Source: Trichosphaerium sp. ATCC 40318 (lineage: Eukaryota > Protista > Tubulinea). From it: DNA of 36,662 nt. Positions 1 to 11,144 of the stretch are shown here, one piece after another (the stretch's first letter is position 1; every line of letters starts with the position of its first letter). The position numbers were made by a program, and so were the translations under genes. The notes under the pieces are model-generated. The model was not told the origin of the DNA. It saw only the letters and a list, made by a program, of their open reading frames with translations, and ran no database searches. The stretch covers positions 1-36,662 of the forward strand of contig JALMLS010000475.1 in assembly GCA_038496445.1 (NCBI GenBank), in the 5' to 3' direction.

Positions 1-2009
1 ACAGCTACAAATAAAAAAGGTACCTCCAGTAATCTGTGGAACAAGTCATCAAAATCATCTGGATTGGTTATTTTCGAACATAGTTGTTTGAACTTCTGTA
101 ATGTTTTTAAAATATCCGTTAGTTATTATATCATTTGCAAAATCACTATTGATTGAGATAGCTAGATTCTATCAGCGTATATTATGGCAATTATATGGTA
201 GTGCCTGATCCTGTATTTTCTTGAATATGTTATTTTCTACTTTGCATTTTTTATATGCAGTGTTATACCCAACTCGAGCGATGTTATATACTACAACTGC
301 ATCTGCGCTATATGAGTCATTTATTTTACCTAAGAGTGCAGTCTTGCATGAGAAATAGCCACCAAGGCTGTAAACTCCACCAGCAATGTTATTACTACAT
401 TCGCATTAGCTCTGTACGTTCATTATTTTACCTGTAAGTGCAGTCTTGTATTGAGGCGTCTACATTAGCAAGCGCCAGTGTCCCCACCAAAGTTGTTTGT
501 AAATTTAGAATCTGAAATGTGCTCAGTTGATATGTGCTTTGAGATGATTTAATTGCTACACAATTATCTCTAAAAAAACGTGGTACCTACAGATTCCTCC
601 ATAGCCTTTGAACCAAATAAAAAGCTGCTATTCTTTACAATCACGTTCAATTTCCTTCCCCGTAAATATACCCTGTAGCAGTAAGCAACAATTTGTTTTG
701 AAAGCGGCACCTTTGTACACGTGTCCATGTTCGAAGGTCGAATTTTCAACAACTAGTCTAGAGTTTAAAATGCTGACACTTGCTGAGTTTCCTTCAAAAT
801 GTACTCTAAAGAGTTATCAGTAAAACTACAAGTTCAAATGTCCTCCAACCCTTTCAATAACATAGAGCCTCCTTGATTCTGTATTATACTTGTAGTGCGT
901 GTACAGTTGCCGCATTTGTTTCGACGAAAAAGACAGTCCCTACGATAGTACCAGTTAGAATAGACTTATTGTAATGGATAGGGATAAAAAAGAAACGTGA
1001 AACAAAATAACAGTGGTAAAAAAACGCGCTACTGTACGCCTTGTCCCTTTGCTATCAGGGCCTTAAATATTAGTAACGTAGCTGCGGCTAAGAAAAATAA
1101 CGGAAAACTCAACCTTTTCTATGTGATACCAGTTTAAGCCGGTAGCAAATTTTGTTGTAGTATTCCCGCTACAGATTTTCGGAGCTAGCCGGACCACGAC
1201 AAATTAAGCATTCAAAAAAAGCGTAAGCGAATGGTAGTTCTAAGAAACCTACAAGAACAGGCGTAGGTTTGCTACGAATAAAGCCACGTGTTTGGTAAAA
1301 AAAAAAACACTCAATAATTTGCAGTTTTGGCAGGCTGTACCTAATGTCAACGTGCCCACCTTGTATTGTAAGTACCGAAGCGATATCACTGCCATTGTCA
1401 CACTAAAGCGGAGTTTTAATATTGTTAAACTCAGCGTTAATTGTATGTTGTACGTTAAACCGAGGACACGCCATCTGTTGAATTGTAAGGTTTGAGAGTG
1501 TAATATTAACACCAAAAGTCGTTACATTCATAAAGTAATTGGTATCTCCGCCGTCAATAATAGTTTCTAAATCACCGCTTCCTACCACACGTTTTAATAA
1601 CAAAGGCTGGGTAATTTAGTGTTGAGGCAAAACCATAAAACGTACCTTCAATTGTAACGTTGGCCAGATTCAGCGGTTCCCACGTGAGGTTGGTATTGTT
1701 GTCGCCTTGAACAAAACTATTTAATAATTATTGAAAAACTGTTCTATCTTTACCCGCATACACTCCAGCGCCAAGCTTTATCACGTCATCAGATATCGCC
1801 TCAGAAAACAAGGCATATCTCAAGGATTTACATGGGTTCAAATGACTACAGTCGCCATCATCTGTACCTACAATAGTACCGTTAATACACCCTCTGCTGA
1901 ACAAGGAATTAAATTAATCCTTACCGTTGGTGGCCACATGAAGTACTGCGCATTGGTGAAGGGATACCATCACCGCGAAAACGAATAATGAAAAGTAACG
2001 TGTTGCCAT
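1..2009 (-). CDS. Beta-helix ectodomain class C GPCR paralog, copy 1 (5' half only, runs off the window; contains frameshifts)
   Basis: Reverse complement of the 5' half of copy 2: ATG at 2009 (MATRYFSLFVFAVMVSLHQCA signal peptide), same intron positions, GDCSHLNPCKSLRYAL. Several 1-nt deletions between 1 and ~700 relative to copies 2/3 (e.g. gaaggaaattg vs gaaggaaaattg). Confidence 0.8.
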
Positions 2010-2619
2010 ATCTTTTGGAAATAGTTACAAAGGATACTGCAAGGAACTGCAAAATAATTGTGATATACAACATTAGTATTCACATAAACAAAAAAAGGTT
2101 CGTACAAAAAAAAAACAAGTTCGATATTTTTGTTCGAAGCATAGTTCGAAGGATGGCCTTTTCAAAGAGTATCAGAATTCAGGACATCAAAATTGCCACC
2201 CACACAGTACATACCTTGTCTAGCTCATACCAGAAGCAAACGAAAACAGCTTCTGTTTAATCTAGGAACTGATTTGTATTTGAACTGACAAACCTTTTTT
2301 GAAGTTCGACGTCCGTTTGACATATTACTCAAATGTGGATGTAACTATGAGCACATTTATGCACTTGACCAATCGCCTAGCTGTTTTAGTATTGCTGTTC
2401 ACACCAGCAACGTCACAAAGAGCCAGCCAGAAGATACAGTGCTTAATATATTGATGACAGTGTTGTGAATCAGTACTAATACAATGTACACAAGCCTATT
2501 TACTTCACGAGGATCTCAGTCTAATTTATTAACTAACGTTTACTAATCAACAAAGGTGTTTCAAATAAACCTGCATTGAAGAAAAAATTGTAGAGTTTAC
2601 AAACTGCGAATAGGCTTAC

Positions 2620-2668
2620 AAGCTGAAATTCAAAGCTTGCATCGCCTTTCAACTGATATGTCATACTT
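2620..2668 (+). pseudogene. Tiny remnant of the receptor 3' end (coiled-coil tail/stop region)
   Basis: gctgaaattcaaagcttgcatcgcctttcaactgatatgtcatact resembles 30640-30700 with deletions. Confidence 0.55.
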
Positions 2669-3044
2669 TTGCTTGATGTCATTTTGTGATATGAAGAAAC
2701 AATTGGTTTGAAAATCGTCAACTAATCACATTGTACAGATATTGATATTACTATCACATATGCTGATTATTTGGAAGCGTTTATTGGCAACTGCTTGAAG
2801 TTCCGACAGGCATCAATGAACACTGATATGAAAGGCATAGTGGTATCTGATGGTGATGCCTGTGTAGTTCAGTAAGAACCCGTAGATGTCGACTGTTCCT
2901 GTGCCAGCGGTGCAAGTGTGTTTGCAGCAGATGGCTCTACAATCAAAAACAAACAACTTTGTTTCGCTTGGGAAATCATTCACCAAGTTTTTATTTCAAA
3001 AACAAATAACAAGAGTACTAAAAACTAAAAATACAATTGGTGTC

Positions 3045-3359
3045 ACTCGGTTGAAAGGTGGGCATGCAAGGTTTGATTCTCAGCTTGTAACCGTTGATTC
3101 TGGATATCCAATTCTTTAATTTCCTTGTTCGAATCAGAATCATGGATACTGTCCACAGCACCTGTCTACAATATAGGTAACAAAACTACACCCAGTGTAC
3201 TTACTGTTGAGAACTAAGAGGTGTATTGTTACCAAAGAAAATGACATACAACTTAGGCGCAAAGATAACAGCAAGAGTCACTAAAAGAACAAGATTTAGT
3301 AATTACGTTCAAAGTTGTTTGTGATGTACCTGTTGTACTTATCCAAATTTTGCAACTGA
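3045..3359 (-). pseudogene. Receptor fragment: TM7 + C-terminal tail, inverted
   Basis: Reverse complement matches 30347-30680 (IWISTT/intron/TLAVIFAPKLYVIFFGN...LSSQQ/intron/degenerate coiled coil). Confidence 0.8.
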
Positions 3360-3780
3360 TCACGTGCATAAACCTGCACAAATATCTACAGTCAAAAAAG
3401 GAAAATAGCCAATAATGCTGTTTTCTAAACAACTTTTGTAGAATCGCCGAGTCTTTCACTCATGATATTTTCGTACATCAATCCATGTAGCTATTTTTAC
3501 AGTAGCGTACTGTATAGTTTTGCCTTAACTCTAGATTGCATGTTATACAACAATAGTTATGTAGTTATCATAAACGGCACCAACAAATTATACCATTTAG
3601 CTCATTCAATTTTTTTAACATGCCAACACGTAGCTATGGCGGTTCTGGTCCTGAGAGATGTTATTGGTACGCTAGGTATTCTTACGTTTTCACACTAATT
3701 ATCTTTCAAGTCGCTATAACAGCCTTCTCAAAACCACGATTCATGATTGGTACTCCATTCTGTTTAACAATTATGGTAGG

Positions 3781-3970
3781 GAACAATTGTGTAGGGAATA
3801 ATATTAGTTGTTGATTCATATCTTGCAGTCTGTAAGGCTCTGAGTATTTATAATAAATCGCGTTGGTTGGCAGCGGCCATTTATGATATGTTTGTATGGG
3901 CACTGGGATATGCTATCATGTCACCATCACTTCTCAAAAGTGTGAGTGTTCTCTTCTCAATTGCAATTTG
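3781..3970 (+). pseudogene. Receptor fragment: TM5-TM6 exon, degenerate
   Basis: Matches 10115-10323 with deletions and stops (…KALSIYNKSRWLAAAIYDMFVWA…SPSLLKSVSVLFSIAI). Confidence 0.8.
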
Positions 3971-3974
3971 TTCG

Positions 3975-4992
3975 CATGAGAGTGAGCGTATGTATCTGAA
4001 AGATGTTCAATGCATGATTCAGTAGTTCTTAGACAACTCTCGAGATGGATTGTGTGTACTCCAGTTAGAGCTTCAACACCTTAGCTGATGCTAATGTAAC
4101 TGTCAGGTCTATTGTGTGTACTCCAGCTAAAGCTGATACCCACATCTGTAATACCAAAACAATACGATGCATTCAGCTCATGAACACCGCAAACACGGAC
4201 CCACGTTTTTTCCGAATTTTTCGAAAGAAAAAATTCGAAAAAATAGAATTCGATACAAAAACCGAATGCCTATACCCACCAATGGATCACTATATGTGAG
4301 CGAAGGTCGGGTTCTAGTTCCGAGCACAGCGAGGACCCGACCGTAAGTGAACCAGGCGCTTTGTAGTTTAGTGGACTGCCCTAGCTATGCATCTTTCTAC
4401 GAATTCTATTTTTTCGAATTTTTGTTTTCGGAAAATTCGGAAAAAACTATGGCCCCCGCAAACATGCTTTAGTGCTGTGTCTGTGATACGGAAACTGGAA
4501 CTAATGTCAAGATGTTGAACACCAAATGTAGTGTAATTCGCACAAATGCGCTGTAGTGTTTTATGTACAATATGCACAACATCAGCGCGCTATTGATAGC
4601 CACTAAGACGTTGTCTTTCCTCCCATACAATCCGTACTAGCTGCCTAGCTGGTGCACGGTTATTCTAACAAAGATTATTGTGTTTTTGAGAAGAGGACTT
4701 CCTGAAAGACTTGAACAATGTGATGTCGATTCAACAAGATATGACCATGTCCAACACGATACCGTTTACCGTTGGATAATACTCTACAACTTTGAGAGAC
4801 GCTAAATTGATCGGAACCATCCACGAACTCAAGTAAATGAGCAAGTATCTCCATTGGTACGTCTAACAACTCAATTGTCAATACTAATAGATTCACTAAT
4901 GCTGCGATGGTCCTCTGGCTTCCTTTCCGTTTATATTTACTGTTGCGATTTACATAATCACAGTAAGTTTGGCGCTCAGTTCTTCGTGACAA
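3975..4992 (-). pseudogene. F-box / leucine-rich-repeat protein pseudogene, interrupted by a MITE
   Basis: F-box-like LLDVPMEILAHLLEFVDGSDQFSVSQSCRVL; LRRs GVQHLDISSSFRITDTALKHV, CGVHELNASYCFGITDVGI, GVHTIDL, GVHTIHLESC; frameshifts and stops. Confidence 0.75.
4196..4455. mobile_element. Mutator-like (MULE) MITE, ~260 bp
   Basis: ~55-bp imperfect TIRs (gttttttccgaattttYcgaaa…aaaattcgaaaaaatagaattcg); perfect 9-bp TSD ccgcaaaca at 4187-4195 and 4456-4464. Removing the element plus one TSD restores the LRR frame KHVCGVHELN. Confidence 0.85.
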
Positions 4993-5695
4993 ACCAATAT
5001 TGGTTCAGCCAAAACAAAAACAGTATTTGACTATATGGTGTTCCCTATATGCGTGTACAATGTTATTAACTTGGTACTGCCCCTCCTCACTTTAATTTCA
5101 ATTTGTAAAAAACACAGAAAACAATTTATTAACTACTTCTTATCGCATGTGGTAGCTGTTGGTACAGTTTCATTACGTAGTGGTACGTTCTATTAAAATA
5201 ATCCACATTTCAATTTTTTTCATTAAAAAAATCACATGAAGTTTAAACTAAGCCTTCAACGTTTACCAATATGCGTGTAGGTGCTACTCAAACCAAAGAA
5301 GAAGATAACACACTAAAAGGGAATAAAAAAGGGTACGAGCATAAAACTACCTTATATTAATAGCATAGTTGACTCAAACATTTACGTTTGCTGTGGTGTC
5401 AAAAATTGTTTGCCATGTTTTAGAAAAAAAATCACGTGTAATTAAAAAACGCGTTAACTATTACATGCTGGCGACAGCTAATGTACAGTATAGTTTTAGG
5501 GCGTGTGATGACAATATCCTGCCAAGTCAGCAAGAGGTCCGCTGTTGTTTAAACAAACAACCTCTAGGCAACCTCTTGTAACTATAGTACCACTATGTAC
5601 CAATAAATTTTTGTTTATTGGAACAGTTTTTGTGCCCCACGAAAAGAATGAAATTTCTTACCTCAAACAGATATTTAATATTTTGTTTTCTTCTG

Positions 5696-5827
5696 GTATG
5701 TTATACATTATTTGAAAAGGCAGCATGCTTCGAACTATACTTCGAACAAAATATCGAACTGGTTCGAACCGTTTTTTGTGTATATGTGAATACTAACGAA
5801 GTATTGTGTATCACAATTATTTTGCAG
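5696..5827 (+). promoter_or_regulatory. Probable 5'-UTR intron containing four (T)TCGAAC repeats
   Basis: ctg|gtatgt donor, tactaac branch point and ttgcag acceptor just upstream of the ATG; cttcgaactatacttcgaacaaaatatcgaactggttcgaac is conserved at ~19084, ~25761 and, inverted, at ~2097-2152. Confidence 0.5.
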
Positions 5828-5864
5828 TTCCTTGCAGTATCCTTTGTAACTATTTCCAAAAGAT

Positions 5865-8800
5865 ATGGCAACACGTTACTTTTCATTATTCGTTTTCGCG
5901 GTGATGGTATCCCTTCACCAATGCGCAGTACTTCATGTGGCCACCAACGGTAAGGATTAATTTAATTCCTTGTTCAGCAGAGGGTGTATTAACGGTACTA
6001 TTGTAGGTATAGATGATGGCGACTGTAGTCGTTTGAACCCATGTAAATCCTTGAGATATGCCTTGTTTTCTGAGGCGATATCTGATGACGTGATAAAGCT
6101 TAGCGCTGGAGTGTATGCGGGTACGACAGAACAGTTTTCAACAATTATTAAATAGTTTTGTTCAAGGCGACAACAATACCAAGCTCACGTGGGAACCGCT
6201 GAATCTGTCCAAAATTACGATTGAAGGTACGTTTATGGTTTTAGCTCAACGCACTAAATCACTAAGCTTTTGTTATTAAAACGTGTGATAGGAAGCGGTG
6301 ATTTAGAAACTATTATTGACGGTGAAGATACCAATTACTTTATGAATGTAACGACTTTTGGTACTAATATTACACTCTCAAACCTTGTAATTCAACAGAT
6401 GGAGTGTCCTCGGTTTAACGTACAACATACAATTACCGCTGAGTTTAACAATATTAAAACCCTCTTTAGTGTGACGACGACTATGATATCGCTTCGGTAG
6501 TTCAAATACGAGGTGGGCACGTTGACATTAGGTACAGCCTGCAAACAATTAAGCTCTTGTTTTTGTCTTTTTTGAGGAATTATTTGGTTTGAGTAGTTAC
6601 TGTTATTGTCTGTTTCATTCAAGTTTTGAGACAGACTGACTTTTAGCAAAAAAAATCCAGTTTCTGCCCGATCTGTCAGATCTGACGGATTTGACACAAA
6701 TTGTCATTTTTTTAAATGTGATCTACCCTCACGCCTGTCCAACCGTTTCAAACCCACGCGATTTAACAAACCCAGAGCAAACTTTTTATTTACATATTTG
6801 ACGCCTAGCGTTTACAAAGCCTACAGCAACGCTGGTGGTGTTTTGGGGCGGTTTTGACGTTGTTACACCTTCATTGCTGCTTGGATGCTACCATAGCGCT
6901 TCTGTTAGCGTGGGGTAGGCGCTAGCGTAGCGCTAGTAAGTTATACACGTACGTTGATTTTTTGAAGCAAAACATACAGCAAACAGTGTTTGAGGCATTC
7001 ATACCGTGTTTGGCGGTAATGCGATAGCTTTGTAGGACATCATACCTTTTTAATTCGCTTTTAGCGCATTGAACACCTCTGTGGTTTGATCGTACCGTGT
7101 ACAGTTGGCGTAGGTAAAATACTGCGATCATCTTCCATGGTCTGTTGAAACTTACATTGAAAATTTTGCTATCACTTACCGTAAGGTACCTAAGTCATAC
7201 AATGAAGGACAACATTGTAGCACAAATAGTTCACATTGTGATAGATCTACACCATTTGACAGAAGTGTCAGATCTTGCTAGATCTGCTAAAAGTGCTAAA
7301 AACTCACTTTCTAGAAAATATTAGTAAAACTTGAATGAGACAGACAATATTGCGTTTTTTCACGTGTATTTCTCGTAGAGACATTTTTTTTCATCCTACT
7401 CTAGTATCCATCACAATAAGTCTATTCTAACTGGTACTATTGTAGGGACTGTGTTTTTCGTCAAAACAAATGCGGCAACTGTACATACTTTCACACAAGC
7501 ATAGTACAAAATCAAGGAGGCTCCATGTTATTGAAAGGGTTGGAGGACATTTGAACTTGTAGTTTTACTGATAACTCTTTAGAGTACATTTTGAAGGAAA
7601 CTCAGCAAGTGTCAGCATTTTAAACTCTAGACTAGTTGTTGAAAATTCGACCTTCGAACATGGACACGCGTACAAAGGTGCCGCTTTCAAAACAAATTGT
7701 TGCTTACTGCTACAGGGTATATTTACGGGGAAGGAAAATTGAACGTGATTGTAAAGAATAGCAGCTTTTTATTTGGTTCAAATGGCTATGGAGGAGGCGT
7801 CTGTAGGTTACCACGTTTTTTTAGAGTTAATTGTGTCTAGCAATTATATCATCTCAAAGCCACATATCAACTGCGCACATTTCAGATTCTAAATTTACAA
7901 ACAACTTTGGTGGGACACTGGCGCTTGCTAATGTAGACGCCTCAATACAAGACTGCACTTTCAGGTAAAATAAATGAACGTACAGTGCTAATGCGATTGT
8001 AGTAATAACATTGCTGGTGGAGTTTACAGCCTTGGTGGCTATTTCTCAATGCAAGACTGCACTCTTAGGTAAAATAAATGATCTATAGCGCTGATGCAGT
8101 TGTAGTAATAACATCGCTCGAGTTGGAGTACTAACACTGCATATAAAAAATGCTAAAGTAGAAAATAACATATTCAAGAACAATACTGGATCAGGCACTA
8201 CCATATATTGCCATAATATACGCTGATAGAATCTAGCTATCTCAATCAATAGTGATTTTGCAAATGATTTAATAACTAACGGATATTTTAAAAACATTAC
8301 AGAAGTTTCAAACAATATGTTCGAAAATACCAATCCAGATGATTTTGATGACTTGTTCCCACAGATTACTGGAGGTACCTTTTTCTATTTGTAGCTGTAT
8401 TAATGACATATCACTCAGGTAATGCGTTTAGCACACTGCGTGTAGCACAGGTTTGGATCAAAGAGCAATCAGACACTGTTGAACATCTGGTCATAGAAAA
8501 CGGCTTTTTGAATTTTTCAAAGGATGGAGTGTTGGAAGTGTATTCGAGTTTTAATGCTGAAAGTGGACGAATTTATGTACTGTTGTTGAAACAAAAACAA
8601 TGCACTGTTTAACTCGTAAATTTAGGGAACGTCTTCTAACCTTGAGAAACAGCTCATACTCAAACGCAATTGCACCTCCTCAGTTACTGGCACAATGTTT
8701 GACTCCATAGGAATAGAAAACAAAGGTACATGTCTTAGTTGAAAGATCACGTGATTAACCTTATAAAAATAGGATCAATGAGCTTACATACTTTATTATT

Positions 8801-10672
8801 AAGTAGCATAATATATATTCCTCATACTACTATTGTTAACCTCGAATATGCTACTTTTAGAATTGCACCAGAGATGTTTGTTCATGGGCAAGAAAGTCAT
8901 TTGAAAATGCTTCAAAACTCGACATTAGTTGTTGAAGTAAGTGTATGGTTGTGTCAACTTGCTTACGGATGTGTAGGGACGTGTAGGTCTAAAATCTACA
9001 AATGTTATTATTAGCCCTCAAAGTAGGTTCAGTATTATTTTGGGCAAGTCTTATTTGGCCATCACTGAATCAAATATTACTATTCGTAAGTTTGTAATTG
9101 TTTACAGCCTTTCGATTAATGTGTGTTTAGTGGGTACACTGTTCATATCAATACCTGGTTCAACACATGTTCGACCGTTTGACATGTTCCCTTTGATTGA
9201 ATTCTCTCAAGGGTCAAGTGTTATATTCAATGGAACCATGGTTGTTGACCACCAGTACAGTACTTTTCCATTTTCGACAGCATTAGTGTTTTCAAATAGT
9301 TCCATGTCAATTCAGATGGTGGAAAGAGAACAAACCTTAAGAGTTTGGAGGTGGAGTGATGCTACAACTATAATAGGAATATCAGTTGGGTGCTTTGGAT
9401 TGCTTTTAACTCTGTTTGTAGTCACTGTTGTATTATACTTTTGGTATGTCATTTTCAACAACACTAACTAACGGTTGAATAGGAAATCTTCACCAATATT
9501 GAGGGCATCAACACCAGAACTACTTGTGGTTATCCTCGTTGGTATCTGCTTGTTGTATTGTGGCACAATTGTTTGGTATGGCAGTAGTACTATGAAGTTT
9601 GTCTACTAAAACTAACTCAATAAAGGACTGCTCCTATATCTGATGTTATCTGTGAGTTGCGGATATGGATTCCATTGATGGGATTTATTACTACTATGGC
9701 GTACGCTTTATTTCAGTACAACTACAATAGTTTGAACTACTAATCACAACTTTAAGGCCGCTTGTGGCGAAAACTTACAGAATTCACAGAATATTTAACA
9801 CCCTCAATAAATGTCCAACTCATGTTGTTGCAGTGCCTCTAATAGATGTGGTTAACCTAACAGCTGCATTAATTTGCGGTCAAATAGTATCCTTATGCCA
9901 TGCCATTGTTTGTTTTGTTACTTGTTTATCCTTAAACTTGGTAAGATTGCTTTAATTGTGTGGTCGGCAATGTCTCCAAACCGAATTGGTTACACACCAG
10001 ATCCAAACAATAGCAACTTTAAACTTGGACACTGTGAGAGTAGATATGCTAGTGTATTTTTGATTATCACTATCCTCTACAATGTACACACACTATTGGT
10101 ACTTTATTCTGCTTAACAATTGTGTAGGGAATAATATTGATTGTTGGTTCATATCTTGCATTCGCTGTCCGTAAGGCTCCAAGTATTTATAATGAATCAC
10201 GTTGGTTGGGAGCAGCTATTTATGATATGTTTGTATGGGCGCTGATACTTGTTGGTTTGGGATACGCCATCACGTCACCATCACTTCTCAAAAGTGTGAG
10301 TATTCTATTCTCAATTGCAATTTGGATAAGTACAACAGGTATAGCACAAACAACTTTGGACCTAATTACTAAATCTTGTTCTGTAGTGACTCTTGTTGTT
10401 ATCTTTGCGCCTAAGTTGTATGTCATTTTATTTGGCAATGACGTACCTCTCAGTTCTCAACAGTAAGTACACTATGTGCTCATTTATGAGCTAATGATGT
10501 TAGGCAACATTCGCTTGATTTCGGTGGTTTGAACATCCGCAAAGAACCTGATTTGAAGAAGAAAATTAAAAAACTGGAGGCCGAGAATCAAAGTTTACAA
10601 ACCGAAAACCTAAGTTTACAAACTGAAAATGAAAGCTTGCATGCTCGCCTTTCAACAAGTAATACCAATTGA
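5865..10672 (+). CDS. Class C (GABA-B/Grl-like) GPCR with N-terminal pectin-lyase/Pmp-like beta-helix ectodomain, copy 2 (~24 exons, roughly 900-950 aa)
   Basis: Manual splicing gives an open frame: signal peptide; VATNG-DDGDCSRLNPCKSLRYAL..DVIKLSAGVY; FxxN/GG repeats; 7TM motifs KSSPILRASTPELL, CELRIW..GF, AKTYRIHRIF, RKAPSIYNESR, IFAPK; coiled coil KIKKLEAENQSLQTENLSLQTENESL; TGA at 10670-10672. Confidence 0.88.
6606..7347. mobile_element. Non-autonomous TIR element (742 bp, TA target duplication; Tc1/mariner-type behaviour) inside intron 5 of copy 2
   Basis: 22-bp TIR TTGTCTGT(T/C)TCATTCAAGTTTT with one mismatch; TA at 6604-6605 and 7348-7349. The empty site tgtTAttgcg is present in copy 3 at ~19955-19964. 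Confidence 0.9.
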
Positions 10673-11144
10673 CATGTGATACATCCTCATTCTTTATTGT
10701 TTATTTAACAATTTGGTTATGAATAAACCTGTTAGTTTTGTCATATAGTTGCCTTAACCTGTTGATAGTCGCTAGATCTTGTTTGAAGCAAACTATTAAG
10801 ACTTGAACAATGCGACAGTCTCTGACTTTCGTTTTTCGCTCTAAAAACATTGTTATCTTCCCACACAAAGATTTAGAAACGTTTATAACTATGTACGTGC
10901 TTCTTTTGGTACGTGAATGCAGTAGCAAAATGCTTTGACTTGAGATGGCGCTACTTTACTTACAGGTTAGATCTGGTAAAATATTCTAGTCGTGATGCCA
11001 TTAAAAAAGCACTTATACAATTTTTACTGTAAACTTTGTCAATGACTAGGAGCAAGCATCACTTCCAAAAACATTAACATCATGATGTCAGCCCTAGAAC
11101 AGATAAAAAAACAAAAAGCTCTTTAAATATTTATTGTGTTTGAT

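Larger units (their letters stand above)
4540..11095 (+). repeat. Segmental duplication unit A (F-box remnant + upstream region + receptor + 3' flank)
   Basis: Non-coding flanks are shared with ~18190-23650 and ~24520-31140 (e.g. aagccttcaacgtttaccaatatgcgtgtaggtgcta at 5250, 18508, 25270). Boundaries are approximate. Confidence 0.8.

Noticed and set aside
1-700. Copy 1 as a confirmed pseudogene
   Set aside because: The defects are mostly single-base deletions clustered toward the window edge, as expected from low-coverage long-read consensus error; this cannot be decided without reads.
2170-2960. Possible additional exon fragments (also 3540-3780)
   Set aside because: Splice-like signals are present, but no recognisable protein motif or consistent frame could be supported.
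5726-5772. Heat-shock elements
   Set aside because: TTCGAA lacks the nTTCnnGAAn spacing of canonical HSEs.
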